Source: a bacterium
GTDB lineage: Bacteria > SAR324 > XYD2-FULL-50-16
Reading direction: 5' to 3'
DNA length: 59,321 nucleotides
Assembly: GCA_032250835.1 (NCBI GenBank)
Contig: JAVVEA010000001.1
Span: 607,304 to 666,624, forward strand
Each line of letters opens with the position of its first letter. The first letter of the stretch is position 1. This document shows positions 29,938 to 40,276 of the stretch, piece by piece. The notes under the pieces are model-generated. The model was given only the letters and a program-made list of their open reading frames with translations, was not told where the DNA came from and did not search any database. Both the position numbers and the translations under genes were made by a program.

Positions 29938-30876
29938 TCAACGAGCCTCAGGCTTGAGGGCCACAAACTGAGCCAGCAGGGTCTTCATGTCCGTCAGGTC
30001 GGCGGGGATGACCACCTTGTTCTCCGCTTTGGCGATCTGGGCAAAGCTTTGCAGGTACTTTAAGCCCAATTGCAGGTAAAGCGACTCGCTGCCATGTTCG
30101 CCCGACAAGGCTTGGCCAATCTGTTCAATGGACAACGCCGTGGCTTTGGCAATTTCCAAGATTTCCGAGGCCTTGCCTTCGGCTTCGTTGATCGAACGTT
30201 GGCGCTCACCGTCCGATAGGTTGATCATCTCGGCTTTAACGCCTTCACTCCGGTTGATCTTGCTTTGCATTTGTCCTTCGGACTCGGCGACCAAGGCGCG
30301 TTTTTGGCGCTCGGCGACCACTTGCTTCTCCATCGCTGCTTGAACGCTCGCCGGAGGGGAGATGTTTTTGATCTCATAGCGTAAAACATTCACCCCCCAA
30401 GCTTCCCCAGCCGCATTTAGCACCGCAACCACCCGAGAACTAATGTGGGCGCGTTCTTCAAAGGTCCGGTCCAGGTCGAGCAATCCAACCACTGACCGGG
30501 TGGTGGTTTGGGCCAGTTCAGTCGCGGCCCGGTAATAATCGGTGACTCCGTAACTTGCCTTTTGCGGCTCCACAACGGTCATATACATCACCCCGTCGAC
30601 AATCACCTTCACGTTGTCTTTGGTAAAACAAAGCTGCGGGGGGACGTCCACGGTGGTTTCCTTGAGGTTGCGGATATAGGCGACTTTGTCGATAAAGGGA
30701 AATAGGGCATGAAAACCCGGACCCAAGGTGCGGTGGTAGCGCCCCAACCGTTCGACCACAAAGGCCGACTTAGTGGGGACCAGCCGGATGCTCAGGACCA
30801 GTTGCACCAAAAGCCCAATGAAGATGCCGCCCCAAACCAGCAGGTTAAAAACCATCGAAAGATTAGACAAATCCAT
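29938..30876 (-). CDS. SPFH/stomatin-like (paraslipin) protein
   Basis: VVERLGRYHRTLGPG, TKDNV.V.VDG, RYEIKNI and AMEKQ motifs. Confidence 0.93.
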   Translation of the reverse strand: MDLSNLSMVFNLLVWGGIFIGLLVQLVLSIRLVPTKSAFVVERLGRYHRTLGPGFHALFPFIDKVAYIRNLKETTVDVPPQLCFTKDNVKVIVDGVMYMTVVEPQKASYGVTDYYRAATELAQTTTRSVVGLLDLDRTFEERAHISSRVVAVLNAAGEAWGVNVLRYEIKNISPPASVQAAMEKQVVAERQKRALVAESEGQMQSKINRSEGVKAEMINLSDGERQRSINEAEGKASEILEIAKATALSIEQIGQALSGEHGSESLYLQLGLKYLQSFAQIAKAENKVVIPADLTDMKTLLAQFVALKPEAR

Positions 30877-31794
30877 TTAACTCTCCTGCTCTGAGATGGC
30901 GTTGCCCACTTGGTTGATCCCCTCAAAGAAGCCTTTAATATTGGCTAAGTTAGCGGGAACAACGGACACCTGGGCTGATTGCAGAATATTCCCCAACTCT
31001 TCTATGAACTGCTCGGTCACCCGCATATCCAGTGCCTTTTGCCCGCCCGGTTTCCCAATCGCCGCCGAAATCAAATTAAGCCCTTCAGCCGAGGCGGCGG
31101 CGATGATGGAGATTTCTTTTGCCTTGCCGATTGCCTCGTTGATGCGCTTTTGTTTTTCGCCTTCGGACAAGTTGATCGTTTCTTGGCGGTTGCCGTTGGA
31201 GCGGTTGATGGTGGAGAGCTTCTCGGCTTCGGCCAGGGTGATTTCAGCCCGTTTTTGCCGCTCTGCCTCCATTTGTTTTTCTAGCGTCTCGACCACATGC
31301 TCCGAAGGGGCAATATTTTTGATCTCGTAACGCATCACCTTAATCCCCCAGGGGTCTGAGGCCAAATCCACCTCGCGGACCACATGCTCATTGATCGAGT
31401 CTCGTTCCGAAAAGGTCTCGTCCAAGCTGAGCTTGCCGATTTCTGAGCGCATGTTGGTTTGGGCCAAGTTGACGCTGGCTAAGCGGTAGTCGCCGATGCC
31501 ATAGCTGGCTTTTTCGGGGTCGATGACCTTGAGGTAAACGATGCCGTCTACCTCTACCTGGATGTTGTCTTTGGTGATGCAGCTTTGGCTGGGCACATCC
31601 AACACCTGCTCACGCATTTCGTGGGTATAAGCAACGCGGTCAAAGAAAGGGATCAAAAAATGGAAGCCTGGATATAAGACCTGGTTGAATTTACCGAGCC
31701 GCTCTTTTACGGCACCGCAATTTTGCGGGATAATCACCATGGTCTTTAACGTTACTGCCAGCGCAAACAGCACCAAGAAGGTAAAAATAGTCAT
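30877..31794 (-). CDS. SPFH/stomatin-like (paraslipin) protein
   Basis: ERLGKF, ITKDNIQVEVDG and RYEIKNI motifs. Confidence 0.93.
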   Translation of the reverse strand: MTIFTFLVLFALAVTLKTMVIIPQNCGAVKERLGKFNQVLYPGFHFLIPFFDRVAYTHEMREQVLDVPSQSCITKDNIQVEVDGIVYLKVIDPEKASYGIGDYRLASVNLAQTNMRSEIGKLSLDETFSERDSINEHVVREVDLASDPWGIKVMRYEIKNIAPSEHVVETLEKQMEAERQKRAEITLAEAEKLSTINRSNGNRQETINLSEGEKQKRINEAIGKAKEISIIAAASAEGLNLISAAIGKPGGQKALDMRVTEQFIEELGNILQSAQVSVVPANLANIKGFFEGINQVGNAISEQES

Positions 31795-32037
31795 CTGGAA
31801 CCTTTTGAAACAAATTGTAAAATCGCTCCATTCTAGGTCTTTCCTGGGGGGCCGTCAATGAGTAGGACTGCCCGAGAAATCGACGCAAGTCGTTTATTGC
31901 CCAAAGTGCAGAAACCACCGGTGCCTCCAATCGGCTCCCTAAAAACCAGTTAATTAGAGTCCCCAGCCAGCGACCTCGTTCCCATAAATCGTCCCTCCTC
32001 CCTGGGGGCACCGCTTCATGATCGTTACCACGGCACC

Positions 32038-32067
32038 AAACCCAACCTGAGCGTTGGGTTTTTTTTA
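32038..32067 (+). terminator. Intrinsic terminator with no annotated gene upstream
   Basis: AAACCCAAC-ctgagc-GTTGGGTTT running into a T tract. Confidence 0.7.
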
Positions 32068-32451
32068 TGCCTATTTTTGTTTTAGGCTCACCGGTTCAAG
32101 TTGAGCCCCTTGGCCAGGGGGAGGGACAGCTCTTCTTGACCAGTTCAACCGCTGACCGCATCCCCAGATAGGCTAAGGCCTCTTACAAAACATTCCATTA
32201 AGTTATTAATTCAGCTTATTAATCTACTTACACTTGGGCGAGACGAATGAGTAATCCTTATGTACAATAAATTTAAGTTCCCAAGCTGTGCAAAGAAAGC
32301 GGGTTCTGCTAACTACCGGAGACGATTTGTTTTGGACCCCTGAGCCCACAGCCGACCTGGGCCGGTACAACCTGGTAGAGCTTCAATAAGAGCGTCTGGG
32401 CGGCAGGTGGGGAGAGCCCAGCGCGATTGGAATCAGAAGGGGGAGGCGTTG

Positions 32452-33198
32452 ATGCGGCCATTATTAAATCCATCCTTTAAGCTCTTGGGCCTGCTCTGGG
32501 TGCTCACCTTTTTTGGTGCCCTGACGCTTGCAGCCGAGCCCACGTTGATCCTGGGAACCCCGCTATCGCCGCCTTTGTCGACGGTCCGCCAAGACGGCGC
32601 CATTGACCTGATCGTCAAAGAGGCCTTTAAACGGATTGGTAGAGAGGTCACCTACCAAATACTGCCCGGCCAGCGCTCGCTACTCAACGCGGTACAGGGA
32701 ATCGACGACGGAGACCTGTTCCGGGTCAAAGGGATCGAAGACTATTTCCCCAACATTGTCCGGGTGCCCGAAAAGTTGTTGGATTTTGAGTTCGTTGCGT
32801 TCACCAACGTCCCTGAAATCAACCCCCAGGGCTTTGAGGAAATCAACGTTTACAGCGTGGGCATGGTCAACGGCTGGAAGATCCTGGAACGCGCAACGGA
32901 AACGGCGCAGGAACGGATTCTGGTTGAAAGCAGTCTGCAATTGATGAACCTGCTGCGCAAAGGACGGATCGAGATTGCCTTGTATGAACGTTATGAAGGT
33001 TTGGCGGTGGTCCACCAGCTAAGGCCAAATGATATAAGGGTCATCGAACCGCCGCTGATCGTCAAAGAAGGCTTTTTTTATCTCAACAAAAAGCACCAAG
33101 CCCTTGTCCTACCTCTAGCCCGGGCGCTTAGGGAGATGAAAGCAGACGGAAGTTTTCAGCAACTTTGGGAGCAAGGTCTCCGTAACGGGTTAAAATAG
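32452..33198 (+). CDS. Periplasmic substrate-binding protein (family 3-like)
   Basis: Signal/TM segment, PPLS..DG..DLIVKEAF, LREMKADGSF; GGAGG RBS. Confidence 0.85.
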   Translation: MRPLLNPSFKLLGLLWVLTFFGALTLAAEPTLILGTPLSPPLSTVRQDGAIDLIVKEAFKRIGREVTYQILPGQRSLLNAVQGIDDGDLFRVKGIEDYFPNIVRVPEKLLDFEFVAFTNVPEINPQGFEEINVYSVGMVNGWKILERATETAQERILVESSLQLMNLLRKGRIEIALYERYEGLAVVHQLRPNDIRVIEPPLIVKEGFFYLNKKHQALVLPLARALREMKADGSFQQLWEQGLRNGLK

Positions 33199-33202
33199 CC
33201 GC

Positions 33203-35476
33203 ATGAATCAATACACGCCCTCTTTAATCCACGGCATCGGCAGAAAGTTCATTGCCCAACTGCTGCTCTTTAGCTCGCTCCTCACCTTGGTGATTACCGC
33301 GATCCAAGTAAAACTGGATTTTGACCACGACAAAGCCAGTGTCAATGAACAGCTAGAGCTGATCCAAAGCAGTTTCCTCAACAGCTTAAACACCAGTCTT
33401 TGGGTCGCGAACCAGAATTTATTGCAGGTACAAGTGACGGGAATTCTGGCGATGCCTGACATCACCTACTTGAAGATTACCGAACAAAACAAAGTCTTGA
33501 TTGAAGCTGGAGAAAAACCAGCAGACCGTTTTTTAATGAAAAGCTTCGATTTATCTTACCCTTACCGAGGCTTGGACCGCCCCTTAGGCACCCTAGAGGT
33601 CTATGCCTCTTTAGAGCAGGTATACGGCCGGATTTACGACAGGATTATACTGATTTTATTTAGCCAAGGGATTAAAACCTTCTTGGTTTCCGGGTTTATG
33701 TTTCTGCTCTTTTACCACCTTGTGGGCAAGCATATAAACAAGTTGGCTGCGTTGACCCGGAATCTGGAATTTAATCAAGATGGGTCCCAATTTACCCTGG
33801 ACCGAACGAAGCCAAAGCATAAAGACGAGTTGGACCAACTGGCCGATTCGTTGGTTTCCATGAACCAAAAAGTTATCGCCAGTTTTCAAGACTTAACTCA
33901 AGAAATCGAAAAACGTAGGCATAGTGAAGCCGATTTGGCTTGGGCCCAAAGTGTGGCCAAATTAGGGGCTTGGCAATGGAGTCTATCGCCCGAGCAGTTC
34001 TTTTGGTCCCCCGGCTTTATCGAGATCTTCGCAGAATACCGCGCCACCCCTCCCAAGGACCCGCGCGGGCTTCTCCGGATCATTTCAAGGACTGACCGCA
34101 AACGAGCCATCCAGCATTTGCGGGTTTTGCTCAGGCAACAGAAATCCATCAAGCTGGACCTGCAACTCAATTTGCCGGACGGGATCTGTTTTGTTCACGT
34201 TGAAGCTCAGCCCGTGACTGTTTCTGGAGAAAAGCTCAGCAAGATCAAAGGGATCATGCAGGATATTTCGATGCGCAAGTTTTACGAAATGGAAATCATC
34301 GAAGCAAAAAACCTTGCCGAAACAGCAAGCCAAGCGAAGGATCAGTTTCTTTCGATCATGTCCCATGAACTGAGGACACCGATGAACGGGGTTTTAGGAC
34401 TGACCCAGGTCTTACTGGAAAGCCCGTTAACTGAAGAACAAAGGCACTACTGCCAGACGATCCTCAAATCGGGGTACAAGCTGGTGGATATTTTGTCCTC
34501 CATATTGCAACAAACCAAGATCTCTACCGGGCATCTAGAGCCAAAAGGTGAACCTCTAGACTTAAAGTCCACGCTCTCCAACATTGCGGCGTTGTTTAGC
34601 GGAGCCATGAGCGCCAAAGGCATCCACTTTTCCTTAGAACTAGCGCCCGAACTGACCCCGATGTATCTTGGAGATGAGCGGCTATTAGAGCAGGTTATCT
34701 CCAATCTACTGGGCAATGCCGTCAAGTTCACCGATCGGGGCAAAATCAGTTTGGAAGCCAGTTGTCTTCAAATCGGCCGAACTTCGCACCGCATCCGGTT
34801 TAAAGTTTGTGATACCGGAATTGGCATCCAGCCCGATCAACTCCAACACATTTTCCAGCCCTTTGTTCAGGTGGATAGTTCTTCGACCCGCCAATATGAA
34901 GGCATCGGGCTGGGCTTGAGCATCAGTGCCAACATTGTGGGGTCGATGGGCGGGGAACTACAGGTGGAATCTAAGCCGGATCAGGGCAGTTGTTTTTGGT
35001 TTGACCTGGAACTTCCATTCCTTAAGGAAACGGCTGCAACGGCACAACCGGTCATTGATATTCCCCCCAAGGTTGAGGCCACTCAAACCACCGAATCAAC
35101 TATTTTGCTGGTTGAAGACGACCCCACCAACCAGATGGTGGCCCGGAGGATGTTAACAGGATTCGGCTACGCCGTGGTGCTGGCAGAAAATGGGGCGGAC
35201 GCCATTGAATTATTTGAACAGCACCCGGTGGACCTGATTTTAATGGACTACCTCATGCCCGTGATGAATGGCATAGTCGCCACCCAAATCATTAGAGCCA
35301 CGGCAAAGGGCCGTCAGGTCCCGATCTTGGGCCTAACCGCTAAGGTATTGCCCGAGGACAAAGCCCACATGTTGGCTGCGGGGATGGACGCTATCATCGA
35401 AAAACCCCTAGAGCAGACCAAATTCGCAGCAACGCTGCGAAACTGGTTGGGTACTCAAGATAGCCCCGCTTCTTAA
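33203..35476 (+). CDS. Membrane hybrid histidine kinase (HAMP, PAS, HisKA/HATPase, REC)
   Basis: MSHELRTPMN, NLLGNAVKFT, GIGLGL, C-terminal REC. Confidence 0.93.
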   Translation: MNQYTPSLIHGIGRKFIAQLLLFSSLLTLVITAIQVKLDFDHDKASVNEQLELIQSSFLNSLNTSLWVANQNLLQVQVTGILAMPDITYLKITEQNKVLIEAGEKPADRFLMKSFDLSYPYRGLDRPLGTLEVYASLEQVYGRIYDRIILILFSQGIKTFLVSGFMFLLFYHLVGKHINKLAALTRNLEFNQDGSQFTLDRTKPKHKDELDQLADSLVSMNQKVIASFQDLTQEIEKRRHSEADLAWAQSVAKLGAWQWSLSPEQFFWSPGFIEIFAEYRATPPKDPRGLLRIISRTDRKRAIQHLRVLLRQQKSIKLDLQLNLPDGICFVHVEAQPVTVSGEKLSKIKGIMQDISMRKFYEMEIIEAKNLAETASQAKDQFLSIMSHELRTPMNGVLGLTQVLLESPLTEEQRHYCQTILKSGYKLVDILSSILQQTKISTGHLEPKGEPLDLKSTLSNIAALFSGAMSAKGIHFSLELAPELTPMYLGDERLLEQVISNLLGNAVKFTDRGKISLEASCLQIGRTSHRIRFKVCDTGIGIQPDQLQHIFQPFVQVDSSSTRQYEGIGLGLSISANIVGSMGGELQVESKPDQGSCFWFDLELPFLKETAATAQPVIDIPPKVEATQTTESTILLVEDDPTNQMVARRMLTGFGYAVVLAENGADAIELFEQHPVDLILMDYLMPVMNGIVATQIIRATAKGRQVPILGLTAKVLPEDKAHMLAAGMDAIIEKPLEQTKFAATLRNWLGTQDSPAS

Positions 35477-35533
35477 GGGGTCCCTCAGGTGACTTGTTTC
35501 GGGTAGAATCCGTTACCTGTTCGCTTTCATTAA

Positions 35534-36136
35534 ACGGCCCCCTTTATCCGCTCGACCAGAGAAAATCGTGGCTCCTATTCGACTGGCAGCTACACCACCA
35601 AAGGCATCAAGAACCTTTACTTTTGGTTTAAAAACGCCGCCGAAAAGGTCTCCAGTGCCGCCAGCGACAGCAACACCTTAGGCTATCTCTGGGCGCAGCA
35701 AGCCTACCTTAAGGCACCCAATGCCGATTCTTGGGATGCCTTCGGCACCAAAATCGCCATTGACGCCGATACCGCTGTGGTCGGGTCTCAGGCCGAAGAC
35801 AGCATCCAACAGACCATCACCAACGCCACGACCGCTTCAGCCGACAACAGCGCCCCCGACGCCGGTGCGGCCTATGTTTTTGTCCGCAGCGGGACCACCT
35901 GGACCCAAGAAGCCTACCTCAAAGCCCCTAACACCGAAGTACAGGTCACAGGCACCGAGACCAACGACCAGTTTGGGGCCCACGTGGACCTCACCGACGG
36001 CACCGGAACCACCCTGATCGTCGGCACCCCCTACGACAACAGCAACCAAACCACCATCACCAACGGCAGCACCGCCTCGACCGACAACAGCCTACTGGCT
36101 TCGGGTGCCGCCTATATCTTTTACCGAGGGCCCTAG
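35534..36136 (+). pseudogene. 5'-truncated remnant of an FG-GAP repeat surface protein
   Basis: Open frame with no start codon until 35777: LYFWFKNAA..VS, WAQQAYLKAPN..DAFG, AGAAYVFVRSGTTWTQEAYLKAPN. Confidence 0.7.
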
Positions 36137-36264
36137 CGCGGTCTGCGGCGTTGCGCCCCACTAGGGGGCCCAAGGCGGTTGGAGGAGGGAGTTTGTGGGT
36201 TGTCTGGAATTAAAGGACTGCATATAGACAAAGCCTTCCTACTGGCAGAGTATTTATCTAAAAT

Positions 36265-38037
36265 ATGAGGTTCAAGGGGTTAAGCTTTACCCTAAGAATC
36301 CAACCCCCTTTGCCGGTTCCCTGGATGCTTCAGATCGAACGTTTGGCCGACCGCCACAACAACCACAATAGAGAATTGGTCGAAGCGGTTCTTAGGCTTT
36401 ATCAAGAGGCCTTTCCCTATTACCCCAAATATGCCAGCCGTATTGCCCAACTGATCGAAACGCCCATCGAGGCGGACTTTGAATCGGTGCTGTTGGTGGC
36501 CAAGGGCAGCAAAAACCGGCTGCTGGGCTTTGTGCTCTTTTTTTATTTTAGGGATTTAAACTTCGCTTATCTCGACTATCTGGCCACCTCAAAATCCAGG
36601 ATCGGCCGGGGGATCGGCGCGGCGCTCTACGAATCGGCCCAGCAATGGCTTAAGGGGATTGGGTGCCAGGGGTTGTTGATGGACGTCCCCACCGATGACC
36701 CCAAACGATTGCTGGACCCCAAAGAGCTAAAAACCAACCAGAAGCGGTTGGCCTTTTATGAACAATACGGGGCCCGTCCGCTCACCAACACGGGCTACGA
36801 GACCATCGTAACCAGGGCCAACAAAGGTTTTTTCACCCTATTGGTCTATGATGCTTTGTCCAAAAAGGCTAAGGGCCCCCAAAAGGCCGAGGTTGCCCAG
36901 GCGATCACCCGCATCCACCGGATTAAAGGGGACATGGGCCCCGACGATCCGGCACTTTTAGAAATCTTAGCCTCCCTGAAAGACGACCCCCTAGCCCTGC
37001 GCCCCCTTAAATATGCAGTGGCCCCCAAAGCGCCGAAGGTCAATGCCCGACCCATTGAGCTGATAAATATCGGCGACGGTCACCAGATCCACCACCTCAA
37101 AGAAAAGGGCTATGTAGAAAAGCCCGCGCGGATCGAAGCCTTAAAAGAGGGGCTCAAAGGGCTCAACCTGATTGAGCGAAAAATCCAAAACTTTCCTATT
37201 GAAGCGTTGTACGCCGTGCACAGCCGGGGAATGGTGCAATACCTAGAGCAGGCGGGCAAGCGCTTAACCCCCAAGGAACTGCTCTACCCCACGGTGTTCC
37301 CGCTGCGCCGGGCCGACCGAATCCCTAAGACCTGGGACATGCGGGCGGGCTATTACTGCATCGACACCTTCACGCCCCTGACCGCCAATGTCTTCAAAGC
37401 GGCCCAACGGGCGGCCTACGGGGCCTTGAGCGGCGCGAAACTGATCGAAGAGGGTTCCGAGTTGGTTTACGTGATGTGTCGGCCTCCGGGGCACCATGCC
37501 CAGAAAAATGCCTACGGCGGCTTTTGTTATTTTAACAACGCCTCCTTAGCGGCCAACCGGCTGTCGGCCCGTGGGAAGGTGGCCTTCATTGATCTGGACT
37601 ACCATCACGGCAACGGCTCCCAGGATATTTTCTACCAACGCAGCGACGTATTGTTTTTGTCTATCCACGGCCACCCCTCCCAGGCCTACCCCTATTTTGC
37701 CGGATTTGCCGACGAGAAAGGCGAGGGGGAAGGGGTCGGCTATAACGTGAATTACCCGCTCTACCCTGGCATTAAAGACGAGGAATATTTACAAACGTTG
37801 CAAAAAGCCATCCGGCGGATCCGCAAATCCAACGCCCAATATTTGGTGGTTTCTTTAGGTCTCGACATCATGACCGGCGACCCCACCGGCAGCTTTTTCA
37901 TCACCAAAGAAGGCATGTTCGAGATCGGCAAAACCCTCAAGTCACTAGGCCTGCCCACCTTGGTGGTCCAGGAGGGAGGTTATTCCCTAAAAAACCTCCG
38001 CACCGGCCTGCGCCACTTTTTTGTGGGGATTAGCTAA
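36265..38037 (+). CDS. GNAT-like acetyltransferase fused to a zinc-dependent deacetylase (acetylpolyamine amidohydrolase-like); start may be 36325
   Basis: YLDYLAT..RIGRGIGAALY and FYEQYG (GNAT); RPPGHHA, GGFCYFNN, DLDYHHGNG and QEGGY (HDAC family). Confidence 0.9.
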   Translation: MRFKGLSFTLRIQPPLPVPWMLQIERLADRHNNHNRELVEAVLRLYQEAFPYYPKYASRIAQLIETPIEADFESVLLVAKGSKNRLLGFVLFFYFRDLNFAYLDYLATSKSRIGRGIGAALYESAQQWLKGIGCQGLLMDVPTDDPKRLLDPKELKTNQKRLAFYEQYGARPLTNTGYETIVTRANKGFFTLLVYDALSKKAKGPQKAEVAQAITRIHRIKGDMGPDDPALLEILASLKDDPLALRPLKYAVAPKAPKVNARPIELINIGDGHQIHHLKEKGYVEKPARIEALKEGLKGLNLIERKIQNFPIEALYAVHSRGMVQYLEQAGKRLTPKELLYPTVFPLRRADRIPKTWDMRAGYYCIDTFTPLTANVFKAAQRAAYGALSGAKLIEEGSELVYVMCRPPGHHAQKNAYGGFCYFNNASLAANRLSARGKVAFIDLDYHHGNGSQDIFYQRSDVLFLSIHGHPSQAYPYFAGFADEKGEGEGVGYNVNYPLYPGIKDEEYLQTLQKAIRRIRKSNAQYLVVSLGLDIMTGDPTGSFFITKEGMFEIGKTLKSLGLPTLVVQEGGYSLKNLRTGLRHFFVGIS

Positions 38038-38051
38038 AAAATAATTTTAAT

Positions 38052-39644
38052 TTAACTAATCGTTGGAAGGTAACCTTTTAACGCTTGAGAAAAGCTGTCT
38101 CCATCTTGTTTATAAAATCGCAGGAAGCTCTTTGAGTACTCGCCGTTCCTTAATCCAAGGCAACTTCCAACCGTGTCTATGAGCTTTTTCCTATTATAGT
38201 ACTTAAGAAGTTTCAAATAATTCGATTCCTCAACAATGCGTTCGAAGAGCCTTTTGATGTCTTCTGAAAGTTGAGTGATGTCTGAATTTAATAAAGCTTT
38301 TTGATATATTTCAATTATTGTTTGGGCGGGTGCTGTTGATTCTTTTTGTCCTGCAACGAGAAATTTGATCTCTTGGTGAAGTCGCAATGCTATTTGGGTA
38401 TCCGTCTCCTTTATAAATCTTTCAAATATAGCGGTCACCACTTTTTGCAAAGTCTGATCTGCGTCAAGTGAGAACTTGTGTGCCATTAGGATTACAACCT
38501 CGGGCACACAGTATAAGTTTTCAACCTCTGCTACTGGCAACACAAATACGCCGCTTTCTTGAAGTGAGTTAATCTCAGCATCGGTCCTTCGATCTCTATC
38601 AACTAGTCCCGTTGCCTCAAAGCGATGTTCAAAAGTCTCGGCTCTAACGGATTTTGTGTACTCGATCACCTTTTGACAGCTTTCCACAGGCACAATCAAT
38701 TTATTTGGGTAGAATAATCTATAAATCGCCGCATCCAAACTTTCTTCCACTCCTTCGACAAAGAGAATGGGCCTTTTGGTACCCAAGAGTTTTAGCAATA
38801 GCGCTTCTGGAATCGATTGATCTGGTTCTATAATCTCCCAGTCCCATTGGGTCCCGTTGTATGATTTCAACCAAATTTTCACGGCAGATGTCTGAGCCGC
38901 AGCAAATTCAATATCGTGCGTCAGGAAAACAAAAAGACAATCTGACCGTACAGCTCGTAGCGTTTGCCAAAGGGTCACTTGAAGCGACTTATGAAGGTGG
39001 TTTTCAGGCTCATCCAATATGATGATGCCGTTTTTAGGTGCTGAAAGACATTGCCCTATTAAATAAAAGATTACACGCTCACCATCACTCATTTGAGACG
39101 AATCATATGCCAAATTGTCGGAAAGATTGAGGCACGTGTTTATGGTCAAGTTTTCAAGCAACAGCTCTTTTCCAGGCAATACTTCTTTCCAAATCTGCAA
39201 CAACGTATCCAATTTAGAGATAGGTGGACGGACCTTTCCCTTTTTTTTCCTTGATTCTTTCAAATATTCCGCACTGACCGCTGCGTGGTCTGAAAGCAGG
39301 TAAGTCATTACTTCGTAAAAATCAAATAGAAAGCTAGTTGCTGGATTTGCCCCCCACCGGTGTTTGGCCTTAGCTTCGTTCAGCTTTTTTTTCTTCGGTT
39401 TTTGACTCCCAATTAATAGCTCCTTCTGTGCCGCTTCTGGATTGGTGATCATCACCTCTTGCGGAAAATCGAGGTCGCGTTGGGCGGATATTCGATGCAC
39501 CCGCTCAGATTGAGGAGAATCGATATCAACCCAGCAACCTAGCCTGGTTTTCCCGGCCCCATTCGAACCGACTATAACGACACAATCATTAACTTCGATT
39601 TCGACGGGCTGATTTGGGTCTTTTGCTAGATATAATGTATCCAT
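38052..39644 (-). CDS. ABC-type ATPase fused to a DUF4435/TOPRIM-like domain (fused PARIS-like defence protein)
   Basis: GSNGAGKT, MSDGER, ILDEPENHLH, THD, then LFVEG..SLD, GLVDRD and EVENL; AT-rich. Confidence 0.8.
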   Translation of the reverse strand: MDTLYLAKDPNQPVEIEVNDCVVIVGSNGAGKTRLGCWVDIDSPQSERVHRISAQRDLDFPQEVMITNPEAAQKELLIGSQKPKKKKLNEAKAKHRWGANPATSFLFDFYEVMTYLLSDHAAVSAEYLKESRKKKGKVRPPISKLDTLLQIWKEVLPGKELLLENLTINTCLNLSDNLAYDSSQMSDGERVIFYLIGQCLSAPKNGIIILDEPENHLHKSLQVTLWQTLRAVRSDCLFVFLTHDIEFAAAQTSAVKIWLKSYNGTQWDWEIIEPDQSIPEALLLKLLGTKRPILFVEGVEESLDAAIYRLFYPNKLIVPVESCQKVIEYTKSVRAETFEHRFEATGLVDRDRRTDAEINSLQESGVFVLPVAEVENLYCVPEVVILMAHKFSLDADQTLQKVVTAIFERFIKETDTQIALRLHQEIKFLVAGQKESTAPAQTIIEIYQKALLNSDITQLSEDIKRLFERIVEESNYLKLLKYYNRKKLIDTVGSCLGLRNGEYSKSFLRFYKQDGDSFSQALKGYLPTIS

Positions 39645-39800
39645 TTGTAAAATCCTGTTTTTGCTTAGTTTTTAGACATGTTGGCTCAGGAAAATCATAC
39701 CAAATAAAGGCGACCCGGCACAGAGCAATAACTTAATGACATTAAGCTCTTTTTTGGCTTGTCATAAACGTAACGCTACATTTCTTTTGCACGTCTCATA

Positions 39801-40075
39801 TTACTTTCTAGACTGTTTGCGCAAATTTTCGACCGCCTGTTTCAAATTAACCTCAACATGCTCAACCGACCATTCGGCCCAGAATTCACGGGTCATACTA
39901 TCAGGCTTGAACTCCGGTTCCAAAGCTCGAGTTATTGTGACTTGTAAATGTTTTGCCAGATCGAACATACCGAAAATTGCATTTACAGCTCAGGAGGCAC
40001 CCGTTCCAGCGAGAAGGCATACCGTTTTACCGAGCTGAATTTGAATCTGTTAGAAAAATTGATTTTGCGTAATTG
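39801..40075 (-). pseudogene. Remnant of a SIR2-like gene N-terminus
   Basis: NQFF*QIQIQLGKTVCLLAGTGAS*AVNAIFGMFDLAKHL: sirtuin GxGxS start motif with two in-frame stops. Confidence 0.55.
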
Positions 40076-40239
40076 GCCTGGGTGCCTTCGTATACTGTTT
40101 CTTATTGATTTATATTCTTTTATCAAGCCTGTCCATATTTCCCACAGAACTTCTACTAGAGCATTGTGCACTTGAGTTTACCTTGCCAGGAAGGTAGGGT
40201 AGGTCAGGAAATTTCAGATGGATAGGCCTACTGAGGCCT

Positions 40240-40253
40240 TTTGAACCAAATAG
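40240..40253 (+). repeat. 14-bp direct repeat, left of Shango
   Basis: TTTGAACCAAATAG, identical at 46395..46408. Confidence 0.8.
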
Positions 40254-40276
40254 AATTCAATTTTGCTGGATAAGAT

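Noticed and set aside
31990-32130. 6S RNA
   Set aside because: A CTTGAACC motif and terminal pairing are present, but I could not build the long rod with a central bubble; left as a generic sRNA candidate.
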